Below are positions 18,193 through 28,189 of a DNA stretch of 36,707 nucleotides, one piece after another. The stretch's first letter is position 1, and each line of letters opens with the position of its first letter. Origin of the DNA: an uncultured archaeon (lineage in GTDB: Archaea; Asgardarchaeota; Lokiarchaeia; Sigyniarchaeales; SOKP01); contig CAZGJX010000033.1 of the NCBI GenBank assembly GCA_964525635.1, positions 1-36,707 on the forward strand, in the 5' to 3' direction. The notes below the pieces were generated by a model. That model did not search any database. It was given only the letters and a program-made list of their open reading frames with translations, and was not told the origin of the DNA. A program made the position numbers and the translations under genes.

Positions 18193-18801
18193 TTATGGTG
18201 CTGTTATTTTATTTTTCTTCTTTTTAAACTTTAAATATCTTTTATAGAAAAATGAAATAATCGAAATTATAATCATAACTGTGAAAATGATAAATATAGT
18301 TGGATCTTGAAAATCGGTTCCAATTAATACACCATGTATATAAGCGAAAAATAAAGCAACATAGTTTAAGGCATGCAAATATCTCCATATTTTTGAGATT
18401 TTTTTTCTTAAGATTACAGCAATTATGGCAACATAGATTAAAATTAGAGCAGGACGCCCCGCTAATCTCCAAAAATCATTCCATGGGTAAAATATAGGTA
18501 TAAAGATTGTGATATCCAATTGATCAATTGCAAAGGCAAATGGGTGAATAGTAATTAGGATCAAACCCAAAATAGAATAGATATGATGTATTTTCATAAA
18601 TGATTTACCAAATATCTTATAAATCTTTGGAATAAATGATGTTAAAATCGTTGCAATAAATAGACAAATGAATCCAAATAATGCTGCGAATCTTATTATA
18701 AGATCAAGACTATTTTTGATTGGAACAATTTTTATTATTAGTAGGATTAATATTAAAACATTTCCTATTATTAAAAAAAGTATATTTCTTTTAGTTGACA
18801 T
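18193..18801 (-). CDS. Ferric reductase-like transmembrane (MsrQ/YedZ-like) heme b protein
   Basis: About 6 TMs with four His in the expected helices (KIHH, TIHP, WRYLH, YIHG). Confidence 0.85.
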   Translation of the reverse strand: MSTKRNILFLIIGNVLILILLIIKIVPIKNSLDLIIRFAALFGFICLFIATILTSFIPKIYKIFGKSFMKIHHIYSILGLILITIHPFAFAIDQLDITIFIPIFYPWNDFWRLAGRPALILIYVAIIAVILRKKISKIWRYLHALNYVALFFAYIHGVLIGTDFQDPTIFIIFTVMIIISIISFFYKRYLKFKKKKNKITAP

Positions 18802-18949
18802 AAGTATTGTTAAATTAAAGGAAAATAAAAAGATTTATTTTCAAATAACATTCAATTTGATAATTGAAATATAAAAGAAAAAAGAAAACACTTTCTAAAA
18901 TAATAATTGTCCCTATCGAAATTACTCTGTAATAATCTAACTTATTTCT

Positions 18950-20281
18950 CTATTTTAAGTTAAGATTTTTTTCTTTAACTAAGTAATTTCGAGTAGAGAT
19001 TAATAGAATTACTCCACTAATAACTGCTACAACTCCTGCAATCCAATGTATGCAAAAATAAGTTAAATTCTCATCAAGAACTATTGCAGAAATAATAGCT
19101 CCGATTAAACTACCAAGAAAAGTACCAATTAATTCAATAGAACCATAAAAAGATTGTCCAATTGCTTTTTGATCTTTAGGTAAAGATATATAAATCCCAA
19201 ATGTTGAGGTTGGCCACCACATTCCATAAACAATACCATTAAATATTTGGAATATATAACCCCAGTAAATATTGCCATAAAAAATTATGATAAAAGGCAT
19301 AAAAGCCATACGAATTCCTGAGATGATATATGAAAGAACGATTACATTTTGCCATCCAATTTTCTTAACCTGCTTAGCAAGTATAGTCATTACTGGCCAT
19401 TCTGCTAATGCTGCTATGCTATAAATCCAAACCAGTTCAAAATAATTGTTCTGTGAAAGTATATTGTAAAACAAACCTTGTACTGAAAGTGTTGTTCTAA
19501 ACGCTATAGCATAGAAAAGGCTAGCAATAATAAAAGAGATATAGATTCGATTTCTAAATAGTCTACTATAATTGCTTAATAAAGTGGATTTTTTAGTGTT
19601 TATTTCAACAGGGACCACTTGATCCGATGGAGATAATTCTAAAGAATGGTGCTTTGATAATATAATTTTTTCATTCACAGCAATAATGAACCATATTGAT
19701 AAAATCATTAAACCAATAGAACAAATTATAAAATTGATCCACAATCCTGTTTCATTAAGAATTAATCCTCCGATAGGAAGCCCTATAGCCCAGCCTAAGC
19801 TTCCAAAACGACGATAACGGGCGAATAGATTAATATTATGATATCTTTTCTCTATTGGGTCATCTGGAATATCGCTAACTCTATCAGATAAATTATAAAC
19901 GAGTACATTGGAAAGAATATCCCCATTTGGTGAAACTTGAATAATAATAGTTAGTACTAGCATCATCAAAAAGGAATTCACATATATAGTCATTGTTGAG
20001 ACAATAATAAGACTGAAATTTCCTATTGTAATATATTTCTTTATATTTTGAGTTTGATCAACGATTTTTGACCAAGAATTTTGAAAGATAAGAGATAAAA
20101 TCGGAGCTAAGGCAGCATTAATTAAAATTTGAGTTATCGAGAAATTAAGAACTTCTTTAAAATAAAGTGGTTGAAATACAATCCAATATGATAAGAACCA
20201 ATATCTAAAAAAAGTATAAATTTGTAAATAGCGATATTGCCTCCTTAATTCTGGTGATAAATTTCTAGTATAAGATATCAT
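18950..20281 (-). CDS. Major facilitator superfamily permease
   Basis: About 12 TMs in two halves with a central loop; YRRFGSLGW and AALAEWP motifs of the MFS_1-like group. Confidence 0.85.
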   Translation of the reverse strand: MISYTRNLSPELRRQYRYLQIYTFFRYWFLSYWIVFQPLYFKEVLNFSITQILINAALAPILSLIFQNSWSKIVDQTQNIKKYITIGNFSLIIVSTMTIYVNSFLMMLVLTIIIQVSPNGDILSNVLVYNLSDRVSDIPDDPIEKRYHNINLFARYRRFGSLGWAIGLPIGGLILNETGLWINFIICSIGLMILSIWFIIAVNEKIILSKHHSLELSPSDQVVPVEINTKKSTLLSNYSRLFRNRIYISFIIASLFYAIAFRTTLSVQGLFYNILSQNNYFELVWIYSIAALAEWPVMTILAKQVKKIGWQNVIVLSYIISGIRMAFMPFIIIFYGNIYWGYIFQIFNGIVYGMWWPTSTFGIYISLPKDQKAIGQSFYGSIELIGTFLGSLIGAIISAIVLDENLTYFCIHWIAGVVAVISGVILLISTRNYLVKEKNLNLK

Positions 20282-20740
20282 TAATTATTATTATAAAAAT
20301 AAAGTAAAATATTAGTCTATATTAGATACAAATATTGAAAGCTCTATTTATTTTCTTATAATTCCTCAATATATAAGATAGAACTTTCCTATTTATATAA
20401 ATCTAAAATTTAGATTAATAATATTCCTCATTAGTTTATTTTTACTAAAAATATAGCTTTTTTTATTTTCAATAAACTCTTCTTTTTATTCAGAATTAGG
20501 TATGGATTATTTATATATATTAAACAAAAAATTATAAAAATTTAAATAGTAATAAAAATTATATCCTTTAGGTCCAACTAAATATATCAAATATATCTTT
20601 TAGATTAAGGATCTAAAATAGGAAAATGATTATCTAATCATCATTATATGGTTAATAATATCAATAAATCTCCTAGATAATGGATAAAATACTCTTAATA
20701 AATTTATAGATAGATTTGAAAATAAAATGGGTGTAACAGT

Positions 20741-21520
20741 ATGTGTTCAAATTCAAAAAATATTGGTGTAAATTATTCTAATTGGTTACCTAAAAAATTT
20801 TTAAGTACCATCATTGCTTTAATTATATTTATCCTCATAATTTCTTTTTTTCCAATATTATTATTGGTGAGAATAATTTTATGGCTTATTTCAGGTATTT
20901 TCCTGATTGCTTTTATTTATCTATCATATATGTATTTAACATTCTCTAAGAATGATAACCATCTACCAAAAGAAGTATGGAATTTAGTTATAAAGAAATT
21001 AATTTGGGATGGAAAAGGAAAGGCTCTTGATATTGGTACAGGTTCAGGAGCACTTGCTATTAGTTTAGCTAAAAAAAATCCTGAGGCAAAAATATGGGCT
21101 ATTGATTATTGGGGAAAAATATGGAACTACACCAAAAATTTATGTGAAAATAATGCATATATAGAAAATGTTCATGATAATATTGTATTTCAAAAAGCAA
21201 GTGCTTCAAAATTACCTTTTGATAACCAGGAATTTAATGCAATAGTAAGTAATTTTGTATATCATGAAGTTAGAGATCTTAAAAATAAAAGAGATGTACT
21301 CAGAGAATCATTTCGTGTTTTAAAAAAGGATGGAGTATTCGCTTTACTAGATAATTTTAGAAATAGCAGAAAATTTGGAAGTTTTGATGATTTAATTAAA
21401 TCTATTAAAGAATGGGGTATACAAAAAATAAATTATTTAGATGTTTTAGATGAAATCAGAATTCCAAAATTATTAAAACCAGAATTTAACAAAGCAGTTA
21501 TTATATTTGGAATTAAATGA
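20741..21520 (+). CDS. Class I SAM-dependent methyltransferase with N-terminal TM hairpin
   Basis: ALDIGTGSG, AIDYW, ASASKLPF, VSNFVYHEV and RVLKKDG motifs. Confidence 0.9.
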   Translation: MCSNSKNIGVNYSNWLPKKFLSTIIALIIFILIISFFPILLLVRIILWLISGIFLIAFIYLSYMYLTFSKNDNHLPKEVWNLVIKKLIWDGKGKALDIGTGSGALAISLAKKNPEAKIWAIDYWGKIWNYTKNLCENNAYIENVHDNIVFQKASASKLPFDNQEFNAIVSNFVYHEVRDLKNKRDVLRESFRVLKKDGVFALLDNFRNSRKFGSFDDLIKSIKEWGIQKINYLDVLDEIRIPKLLKPEFNKAVIIFGIK

Positions 21521-21582
21521 TGTAGGTATATCTAAATAAAATATGATAAAAGAATAATAAAAATGAATAAAAAGTTGATGAA

Positions 21583-22464
21583 ATGAATAATAATATTGAA
21601 AATAAACCATCCGAGACAGCAGGATTTATAACATATTTTCGTGCTTGTTCAAATAAAGAAAAAAGACCACAATTAAGAGGACCAGATTATTTAGCTAAAG
21701 TTTTTCATATTGGTTCAGCAAAAATAAAATTGAAAATTTCTAGAATTCTTTTACCTCTTTTGAAAAAATATATTCCTGGAATATATGAATGGGTAATTGC
21801 TAGAACATTTGTTTTCGATGAAATATTTCAAGAGGCCTTAAAAAATAAGTATGATCAAATTATTATTTTGGGTGCTGGTTTTGATTCGAGAGCTTTTCGT
21901 TTTAAAAATTATAATATAAACACTGATATTTTTGAATTAGATATTCCAACAACTCAGGAATGCAAGAAAAAAATTTTAGAAAAATCAAATACCGAGATTC
22001 CAAAAAACCTAATTTATGTTCCAATTAATTTTAATAAAAATGACCTGTATACAACCTTACATAAAAAAGGTTTTAAGAAAAACGCTAAGAATTTATTTTT
22101 ATGGGAAGGAGTCACCGAATATTTAAATGAAGATGTTGTAGATTCTACACTTAACTTTATTAAACAAAATTCTCTCCCTAAAAGCCAAGTTGCATTAACA
22201 TATGTTTATAAAGAAATTATTGAGGGTGATTTTAGATTTTATGGTTCAAAACAAATAATAAAAATGACATCAAAAGTAGGTGAACATTATCAATTTGGCA
22301 TTAAACAAGGAGAAATTGAAAAATTTATTAAAAAAAGAGGATATAATTTGCTTAAAAATTGGACACCTGAGGATTTAGAAAAAGAATATTTAACTGATGA
22401 AAATGGTTGCTTGTATGGAAAAATTGGGGAATATCAATGCATTGCATTAATAGAAGTAAAATAA
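21583..22464 (+). CDS. SAM-dependent methyltransferase, leucine-carboxyl-methyltransferase-like prokaryotic family
   Basis: ART..FD, QIIILGAGFDSRAFR, FELD.P and FLWEGVT.YL motifs. Confidence 0.9.
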   Translation: MNNNIENKPSETAGFITYFRACSNKEKRPQLRGPDYLAKVFHIGSAKIKLKISRILLPLLKKYIPGIYEWVIARTFVFDEIFQEALKNKYDQIIILGAGFDSRAFRFKNYNINTDIFELDIPTTQECKKKILEKSNTEIPKNLIYVPINFNKNDLYTTLHKKGFKKNAKNLFLWEGVTEYLNEDVVDSTLNFIKQNSLPKSQVALTYVYKEIIEGDFRFYGSKQIIKMTSKVGEHYQFGIKQGEIEKFIKKRGYNLLKNWTPEDLEKEYLTDENGCLYGKIGEYQCIALIEVK

Positions 22465-22665
22465 TTTTTTAATCAATATCCGTATAATAAGTTTAATTAT
22501 TCTATATTCATATTTTTTTGAAGAAAATAATTTATATAAAAAAAAAATAAATGATCAAATATTTAATCAACGGATTACTTATTTAAGTTATAGTATTTCA
22601 TATTTTTCTTAATTAAATTTGGAAAATACATCTATGAGATTACTATATAAAATATAATAAATAAA

Positions 22666-22827
22666 ATGAAAAAAATGTCATATAATAATTTTAGAGCTCC
22701 TCGACCAATGCATAAGGTAACTTGTGCGGATTGTGGAATGGAGACAGAAGTACCTTTTAAACCTGATGGTACTCGCCCTGTCTATTGTAGAGATTGTTAC
22801 CGAAAAAGAAAACCAAGACGGTTTTAA
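22666..22827 (+). CDS. Small CxxC-x17-CxxC zinc-ribbon protein (start 22666 or 22675)
   Basis: MKKMSYNNFRAPRPMHKVTCADCGMETEVPFKPDGTRPVYCRDCYRKRKPRRF; below the ORF-track length cutoff; exact family signature. Confidence 0.93.
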   Translation: MKKMSYNNFRAPRPMHKVTCADCGMETEVPFKPDGTRPVYCRDCYRKRKPRRF

Positions 22828-22963
22828 TATCTTTACTTATATTGATTAGTATAAGCTTTTAAGGTTAAATTAAATATTATTCCTTCTAAAACTCAAACTG
22901 ATTTAATATATATATAATTAAATAATTCTAATCCTCTTTTTTTTTATCTTTCTTACTGATATA

Positions 22964-23773
22964 TTATTTTTTACCTTTAATGATTTCTTCTCCCAATTGT
23001 CTTTCATAATCTGATTTTACTTTCAAAAAGCATACAATTCCCCCGAAAGATTCTAATAATGATCCTGCTGGATTCTCATTATCAATAATTTTTGTTTTAA
23101 TCCCTCGGTTTCTAATAATCTGCAAGAGTTGATATACTCTGTTTTTTTGAGGATTATTATTTATATAATTAGTAGTGAGAATAATATATTCAGGATACAA
23201 TTTTAAGGGTTTATAATTTTTCTTTTTTTTCCCTCCTCTATAAATTAACTCTTCAATATCAATCAAAGTATATAAAACTAAACCTTCTTTTGGATTATTC
23301 AACCGTTTTTTTAAATTAGCAATAATTCGCCCACCCTCATCTACTTCGGCAGTCTTGATTGCCTCAAAATAATGTTTAGATTGAATAAATGCTGTCGCTT
23401 CATCATGATTCTGAATTGAACCTGATATAGATTTAAAGATGACTGAGTTGGGATTCTTTTCTTGAAACATCCATTTTTGATGAGATTTAATATGATTAAT
23501 AAAATCTTCTGAATATTTCTTCTTAATTGGATTGATTAGTATAATTATTCTGAGACCTTCACGAATAAATGGGCGAATAACATCAATAACCTCCTCAAAA
23601 TACTTATATTTTTGGGACTTTTCCATAAACGTATATTTTTTTTTTGATCTTAATATCTTTATAAATTTTACACGTTTGCTATATGCAATCCAAATTAAAA
23701 TATCTTTAGATTCTAATCCAATAAGGATTGCTACAGGATATCCTCGTGTTTGTCTTCTTTTTTTTTTCCCCAT
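22964..23773 (-). CDS. Pelota/aRF1-related protein comprising only middle and C-terminal-like domains
   Basis: C-terminal IID.E.PAG.LLESFGGIVCFLK matches the eRF1/pelota domain 3 ending. The N-part resembles domain 2. No N-domain and no GGQ motif. Confidence 0.6.
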   Translation of the reverse strand: MGKKKRRQTRGYPVAILIGLESKDILIWIAYSKRVKFIKILRSKKKYTFMEKSQKYKYFEEVIDVIRPFIREGLRIIILINPIKKKYSEDFINHIKSHQKWMFQEKNPNSVIFKSISGSIQNHDEATAFIQSKHYFEAIKTAEVDEGGRIIANLKKRLNNPKEGLVLYTLIDIEELIYRGGKKKKNYKPLKLYPEYIILTTNYINNNPQKNRVYQLLQIIRNRGIKTKIIDNENPAGSLLESFGGIVCFLKVKSDYERQLGEEIIKGKK

Positions 23774-24068
23774 AAATCCATCTTTTAATCTTTTTAACTT
23801 ATTGCATTAATTAATAATTCTTTTTATCTATAACGATGAATATGAAGAATAATCATCTTAAATATCCTAAATTACCAAAAAGTATGATATATAAGTTTCT
23901 TTAAAAATTAAAACTAAAATAAACCTTTAAAATCTTCTTTAAGACTATTAATTTGTTGTTTTTTTATTATTACCTATATAATTAGAATTTATATATCCAC
24001 AATAAGTTTAAGAATCAAAAATCCTTCTTTTTTACTAGATATTTAATTAGAAATGAAAAGAATTTACC

Positions 24069-26291
24069 ATGAGTAATGAAAAAAAGGTAGAGATTGAAAA
24101 ATTAATTTCTTATGGAAAATATAAAGACGCTTTAACTATTCTAAAATCTATAAAGAATGAAAGAACACTTTCTGACGATGAAATATTAACAAAAATGTAT
24201 ATTAAGATTTTTATTTATCTTGATAAAGGTTTTTTTGAGAAAGGTCGGAAATTAACCAAAAAGATGATGGATGAAGCAAAAAAAAAAAAAAATTCTTTAA
24301 GAGAAATCGATGCAATTTCTGGAAGAATAGAACATAATTTACCATCTCGTTTATTAATTGATTCTTATGAATTATTGGATAAATCGGAAGAAATATTAAA
24401 TAAATTACAGGATAGGAATAACAATGAAATAAAGAAGAGAGAAGCTTATATATTATATTTAAGGGCTAGGACTCTCCATTATGATCACAAATTTGTAGAA
24501 GCATTAGGTTATTATGAAAAGAGCTATGAACTTAGAAAAGAAATTCAAGATAAATTTGGAATGATGTATTCATTGTTGAATTGGGGTTCACTTTTGACAG
24601 TATTTGGAAATTTTGAAGATTCAAGAAGTAAGATTAACCAAAGTTTATCTCTAGCAGAAGAATTAAACCTTGAGGTTGCGATAAGCTGGAGCCTTATCAA
24701 TTTGGCGTGGATCGAATATAGTGTTAGAGATTCTGATAAGGCAATTTCTTATATAGAAAAATGTCTCTTAATATGTGAACTTAAAAATAATTCATATCAA
24801 ATTGCATTGTGTAATAACACTCTTGGAACTATCATGTATGAAAAAGGTGACTATAAAGAAGCCATTTCCTTAATTAATAAATCTCTTAATTTAGCTCTAG
24901 AATTGGGGGATCCTATGAATTTAGCAACAATATACAACAATCTAGCTACTATATATAGCCAAACAGGAGAATTTAAAAAAGCAAAAGAATATTGTAGTAA
25001 AATATTAGAATTTCCTGATGTTTTAAACACTCTTACATTTAAAACCTTATTTTTAACTACTATAGGAAAAATTCATGGAGAATGTGGTGATTTTATAAAG
25101 GCAAAAGAATCATTATTAGAAGCTCTTGATTCAATAAATGATCTAAATATGGTAATATATTATTTTCGGAATTATAAAGCTACTATTGCAAAAATCTACC
25201 ACTATTTAATCATTCTTTCTCTTAATAATAAAGAATTTATAGAAGCGAATCTATATCTGAAAGAATTATTAGAGGTAAGTAAAAAAAATGCTTCATTCAA
25301 ACAAATTGACCAAATATATCTCTTAGATAAAGCAAGTATTTTAAAATCATCGGATCGATTGGTTGATAAAATGCAAGCTGAGGTTATTCTAAAAGAGCTT
25401 ATTAAAGAAGAACATGCTGATTATGATACTACTATTGAAGCTATGGTAATTTTATGCGAATTATTACTATATGAATTAGAATTATCTGGAAATGAAAATA
25501 TCTTTAATGAAATAGAACAAATTACTGATAAATTGCTAAATATCTCGAAATCTCAAAATCTATATAATGTTTTATCGGAAACATATTTTTTTAAAGCAAA
25601 ACTTTCTCTCCTCCATTTAAATACTAAAGAAGCACGCTATTTACTTACAAAAGCTCAAAATATTGCTAAAGAACATGGATTAACAAGATTAGCAAATAAA
25701 ATATCATCTGAGCATGATTCCTTCTTAGAACATTTAGATGAATGGGAAGAAAAAGTAAAGCAAGATGTACCTTTACAAGAATTATTGCAATTCACTCAAC
25801 ATGACTTTTTATACTCAAAGATGGTAAAACAAAAATTAGATAAATTAAATAAAGAAAATGAAACTGCAGTCTCCCTTCTCTTGCTTCATAGCTATGATGG
25901 AAGATGCTTTTATAATAGAGTCTTCGAGGAGATGAATATTAATGATGGAGATCTTATTACGAATTTTATTTCCGCAATTAATTCGTTTGGAAAAGAAGTT
26001 TTTTCTCATTCAGGGACAATTGATCGAATAAAGCATGGAGATTATATGATAGTATTTAATTCAAAAGGGGATTTATTATTTGGATATGTATTTAAAGGAC
26101 AATCGTATTCCGCTCTCTCTAAATTGGATTATTTTATTGATAATTTATATAACCTTGAAGATATTATTAGAGAGATTAAATCTTCAGTTCTTACTCATAT
26201 GGAGATATCAGCGAGATCATATCATAATATTAATAAATTGGCAGATGAAATCTTTGTTTTAAATAAAGGATTAGATATATTAGAGAACTAG
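24069..26291 (+). CDS. Tetratricopeptide-repeat protein with C-terminal longin-like domain
   Basis: Multiple TPRs (e.g. NTLGTIMYEKGDYKEAISLINKSL); C-terminal ~140 aa LLLL...DGRCFY...DLITNFISAINSFGKEVF...IDRIKHGDYMIVF. Confidence 0.8.
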   Translation: MSNEKKVEIEKLISYGKYKDALTILKSIKNERTLSDDEILTKMYIKIFIYLDKGFFEKGRKLTKKMMDEAKKKKNSLREIDAISGRIEHNLPSRLLIDSYELLDKSEEILNKLQDRNNNEIKKREAYILYLRARTLHYDHKFVEALGYYEKSYELRKEIQDKFGMMYSLLNWGSLLTVFGNFEDSRSKINQSLSLAEELNLEVAISWSLINLAWIEYSVRDSDKAISYIEKCLLICELKNNSYQIALCNNTLGTIMYEKGDYKEAISLINKSLNLALELGDPMNLATIYNNLATIYSQTGEFKKAKEYCSKILEFPDVLNTLTFKTLFLTTIGKIHGECGDFIKAKESLLEALDSINDLNMVIYYFRNYKATIAKIYHYLIILSLNNKEFIEANLYLKELLEVSKKNASFKQIDQIYLLDKASILKSSDRLVDKMQAEVILKELIKEEHADYDTTIEAMVILCELLLYELELSGNENIFNEIEQITDKLLNISKSQNLYNVLSETYFFKAKLSLLHLNTKEARYLLTKAQNIAKEHGLTRLANKISSEHDSFLEHLDEWEEKVKQDVPLQELLQFTQHDFLYSKMVKQKLDKLNKENETAVSLLLLHSYDGRCFYNRVFEEMNINDGDLITNFISAINSFGKEVFSHSGTIDRIKHGDYMIVFNSKGDLLFGYVFKGQSYSALSKLDYFIDNLYNLEDIIREIKSSVLTHMEISARSYHNINKLADEIFVLNKGLDILEN

Positions 26292-26330
26292 ACTTCTTTA
26301 TAAAATATAATCATAGATTATTTATTTTAT

Positions 26331-27131
26331 TTATAAATCTCTTATGAATCTAACCAGATCTGATGCTTCCTTTAATTTTCTTTTAATTAAATCATCCATA
26401 TCATTAGGTATATCTTGTAAGTTTTCCTCCATTTTGATAAGATCATATGCCATAGAAATGGTATGGAAAATATTACCTAAATTATGAGAATATTTATCTT
26501 TCATATCATTTTTTTCAAGTTCTGTATTCATAAGTCTTAGATCTAATAAAGCTACAATCGCAGAGACTAAAAGCATGTTAAAAAATATTATGTCCATACC
26601 TAGGGCATATAATCTCAAATACTCAACTTCAAGACTCTCAATAATCGTAAATAATAAAGCTAAGAATACTGTGGACAAAGCCATACCAAGAAACGCATGT
26701 GAAAGCGTTTTTTTTTTTAAATATATCCTAAAGACCATAAATGCACTTATTAAACAAAAAATAATTATCAAAATTTCAAATGAAATCGTGAGAATTAAAA
26801 AGGGAACAGAAGTAATCATTATAGAATTAACTGGAAATTTAATTCTATTTTTCTTAAATATATTTAAATATTCTTTAAATACATGAATAAAGATTATTAT
26901 TGCTCCTGAGCTTAAGAATATTCTACTTATAAAATGCCCAATTTCGCCCTGAACACCTTGAGTAACAATATCATTAATGGTACTAATAACAACTCCGATC
27001 GTCGCAGAAATATATGCTAAAAGTAGAATTTTCAAATCTTTACGCTTTTGATAAACGATTGTCATTATTATTGATGCAATAATACCTAAAAGCGAGAGAA
27101 TTATACTTAATTGAGGATAAATTGTAGGCAT
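26331..27131 (-). CDS. Multi-pass (~6 TM) membrane protein ending in a HisKA/DHp-like phosphoacceptor, no ATPase domain
   Basis: Hydrophobic residues 6-196, then a coiled helix with H-box-like KYSHNLGNIF and a second helix ending ASDLVRFIRDL. Confidence 0.65.
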   Translation of the reverse strand: MPTIYPQLSIILSLLGIIASIIMTIVYQKRKDLKILLLAYISATIGVVISTINDIVTQGVQGEIGHFISRIFLSSGAIIIFIHVFKEYLNIFKKNRIKFPVNSIMITSVPFLILTISFEILIIIFCLISAFMVFRIYLKKKTLSHAFLGMALSTVFLALLFTIIESLEVEYLRLYALGMDIIFFNMLLVSAIVALLDLRLMNTELEKNDMKDKYSHNLGNIFHTISMAYDLIKMEENLQDIPNDMDDLIKRKLKEASDLVRFIRDL

Positions 27132-27679
27132 ATTATTTCACTCTTCTGTAAATTCTTTTTTAAAGACACTTGTAGGAATATTAATAATTGATATATTAAA
27201 CCATCTAATTATATATAAAATATTGGTTACATATATAAAATTCTAAAATTAATTTTAATTATTAATCATTCTATTAGGAGAAAAACTAACTCTAAGGTTG
27301 TTCAGCACTTCATTTGGTATATTGCTCAAAATATAATCATATGTATTACTTTTCTCATTACTTTAAAAGACTTAAAGAAAAATAAAAAAAAGATCTAGAA
27401 TTTTGGATTGAATATTGATTAATAATTTGAATTTCATTAAAAATATCTGTTTTTTTATTTTAAAATTTAAACAAAATCATTCTCATTAAATTGAATTTAT
27501 ATTGCTGGGTTATCCATAGGTGACATATATGTCTACTTTTTTTTCTATAATTATTATTGACGTTTTGATTTTCTAATTTCTTAATAAATATGATAGTATT
27601 AATTAATATAAATCAGGAAAATTATCTTTTTTAATAATTTTAAATCAATAGATAAATTGATATAATATATATTAATCTT

Positions 27680-28165
27680 TTAAAATTGATTTAAAGTATT
27701 TAAATTCCTGAAACTTTTAGTTTGTTTAGAATGAATTTCTGATTTAAAATATGTCTCTTTTTCATTGATATGAATTTTATAAATAAAATCAAAAATGCGC
27801 AAAATGTTAAGATGCCACCTAATAATATGATTATTTATCTTTAGATGTTTAACAATATCAGAATATTCTACTCCAGGATTTTTTATAATATAATCATATA
27901 TTTTCTTTCTCTTCAGAACCATTAAAACATCTTCTCTGAGGAAACTAGATCCTTCAACTAATATTTTTCTTTTTAAAAAAGAGGAGATTATCTCTTTGAT
28001 ATCTTTTTTATTGATATTTATATTGTCTTTTTCAAATTTTATTCTAATATAAGGAATGATTTGACACAATTCAAAAACCCTAAATTGATTCAGATAATTT
28101 TTAATTACTTGATATACCAATCTTTCCTTATCAATTAATTCAGAAGACATTTTATAAAAACACAT
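27680..28165 (-). CDS. Winged-helix transcriptional regulator-like protein (start possibly ATG 28150)
   Basis: R.KIYDYI.KNPG....DI.KHL.I....IRWHL.IL..F.FI wHTH, preceded by a second helical domain; starts 24 nt after the GH9 gene stop. Confidence 0.8.
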   Translation of the reverse strand: MCFYKMSSELIDKERLVYQVIKNYLNQFRVFELCQIIPYIRIKFEKDNININKKDIKEIISSFLKRKILVEGSSFLREDVLMVLKRKKIYDYIIKNPGVEYSDIVKHLKINNHIIRWHLNILRIFDFIYKIHINEKETYFKSEIHSKQTKSFRNLNTLNQF

Positions 28166-28189
28166 CTTAATTTATATTATTCAATAGGA

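Noticed and set aside
21583-22464. LCM-family methyltransferase as a eukaryotic signature (LCMT1-like)
   Set aside because: Motifs match the widespread prokaryotic members of the family; nothing specifically eukaryotic is visible.
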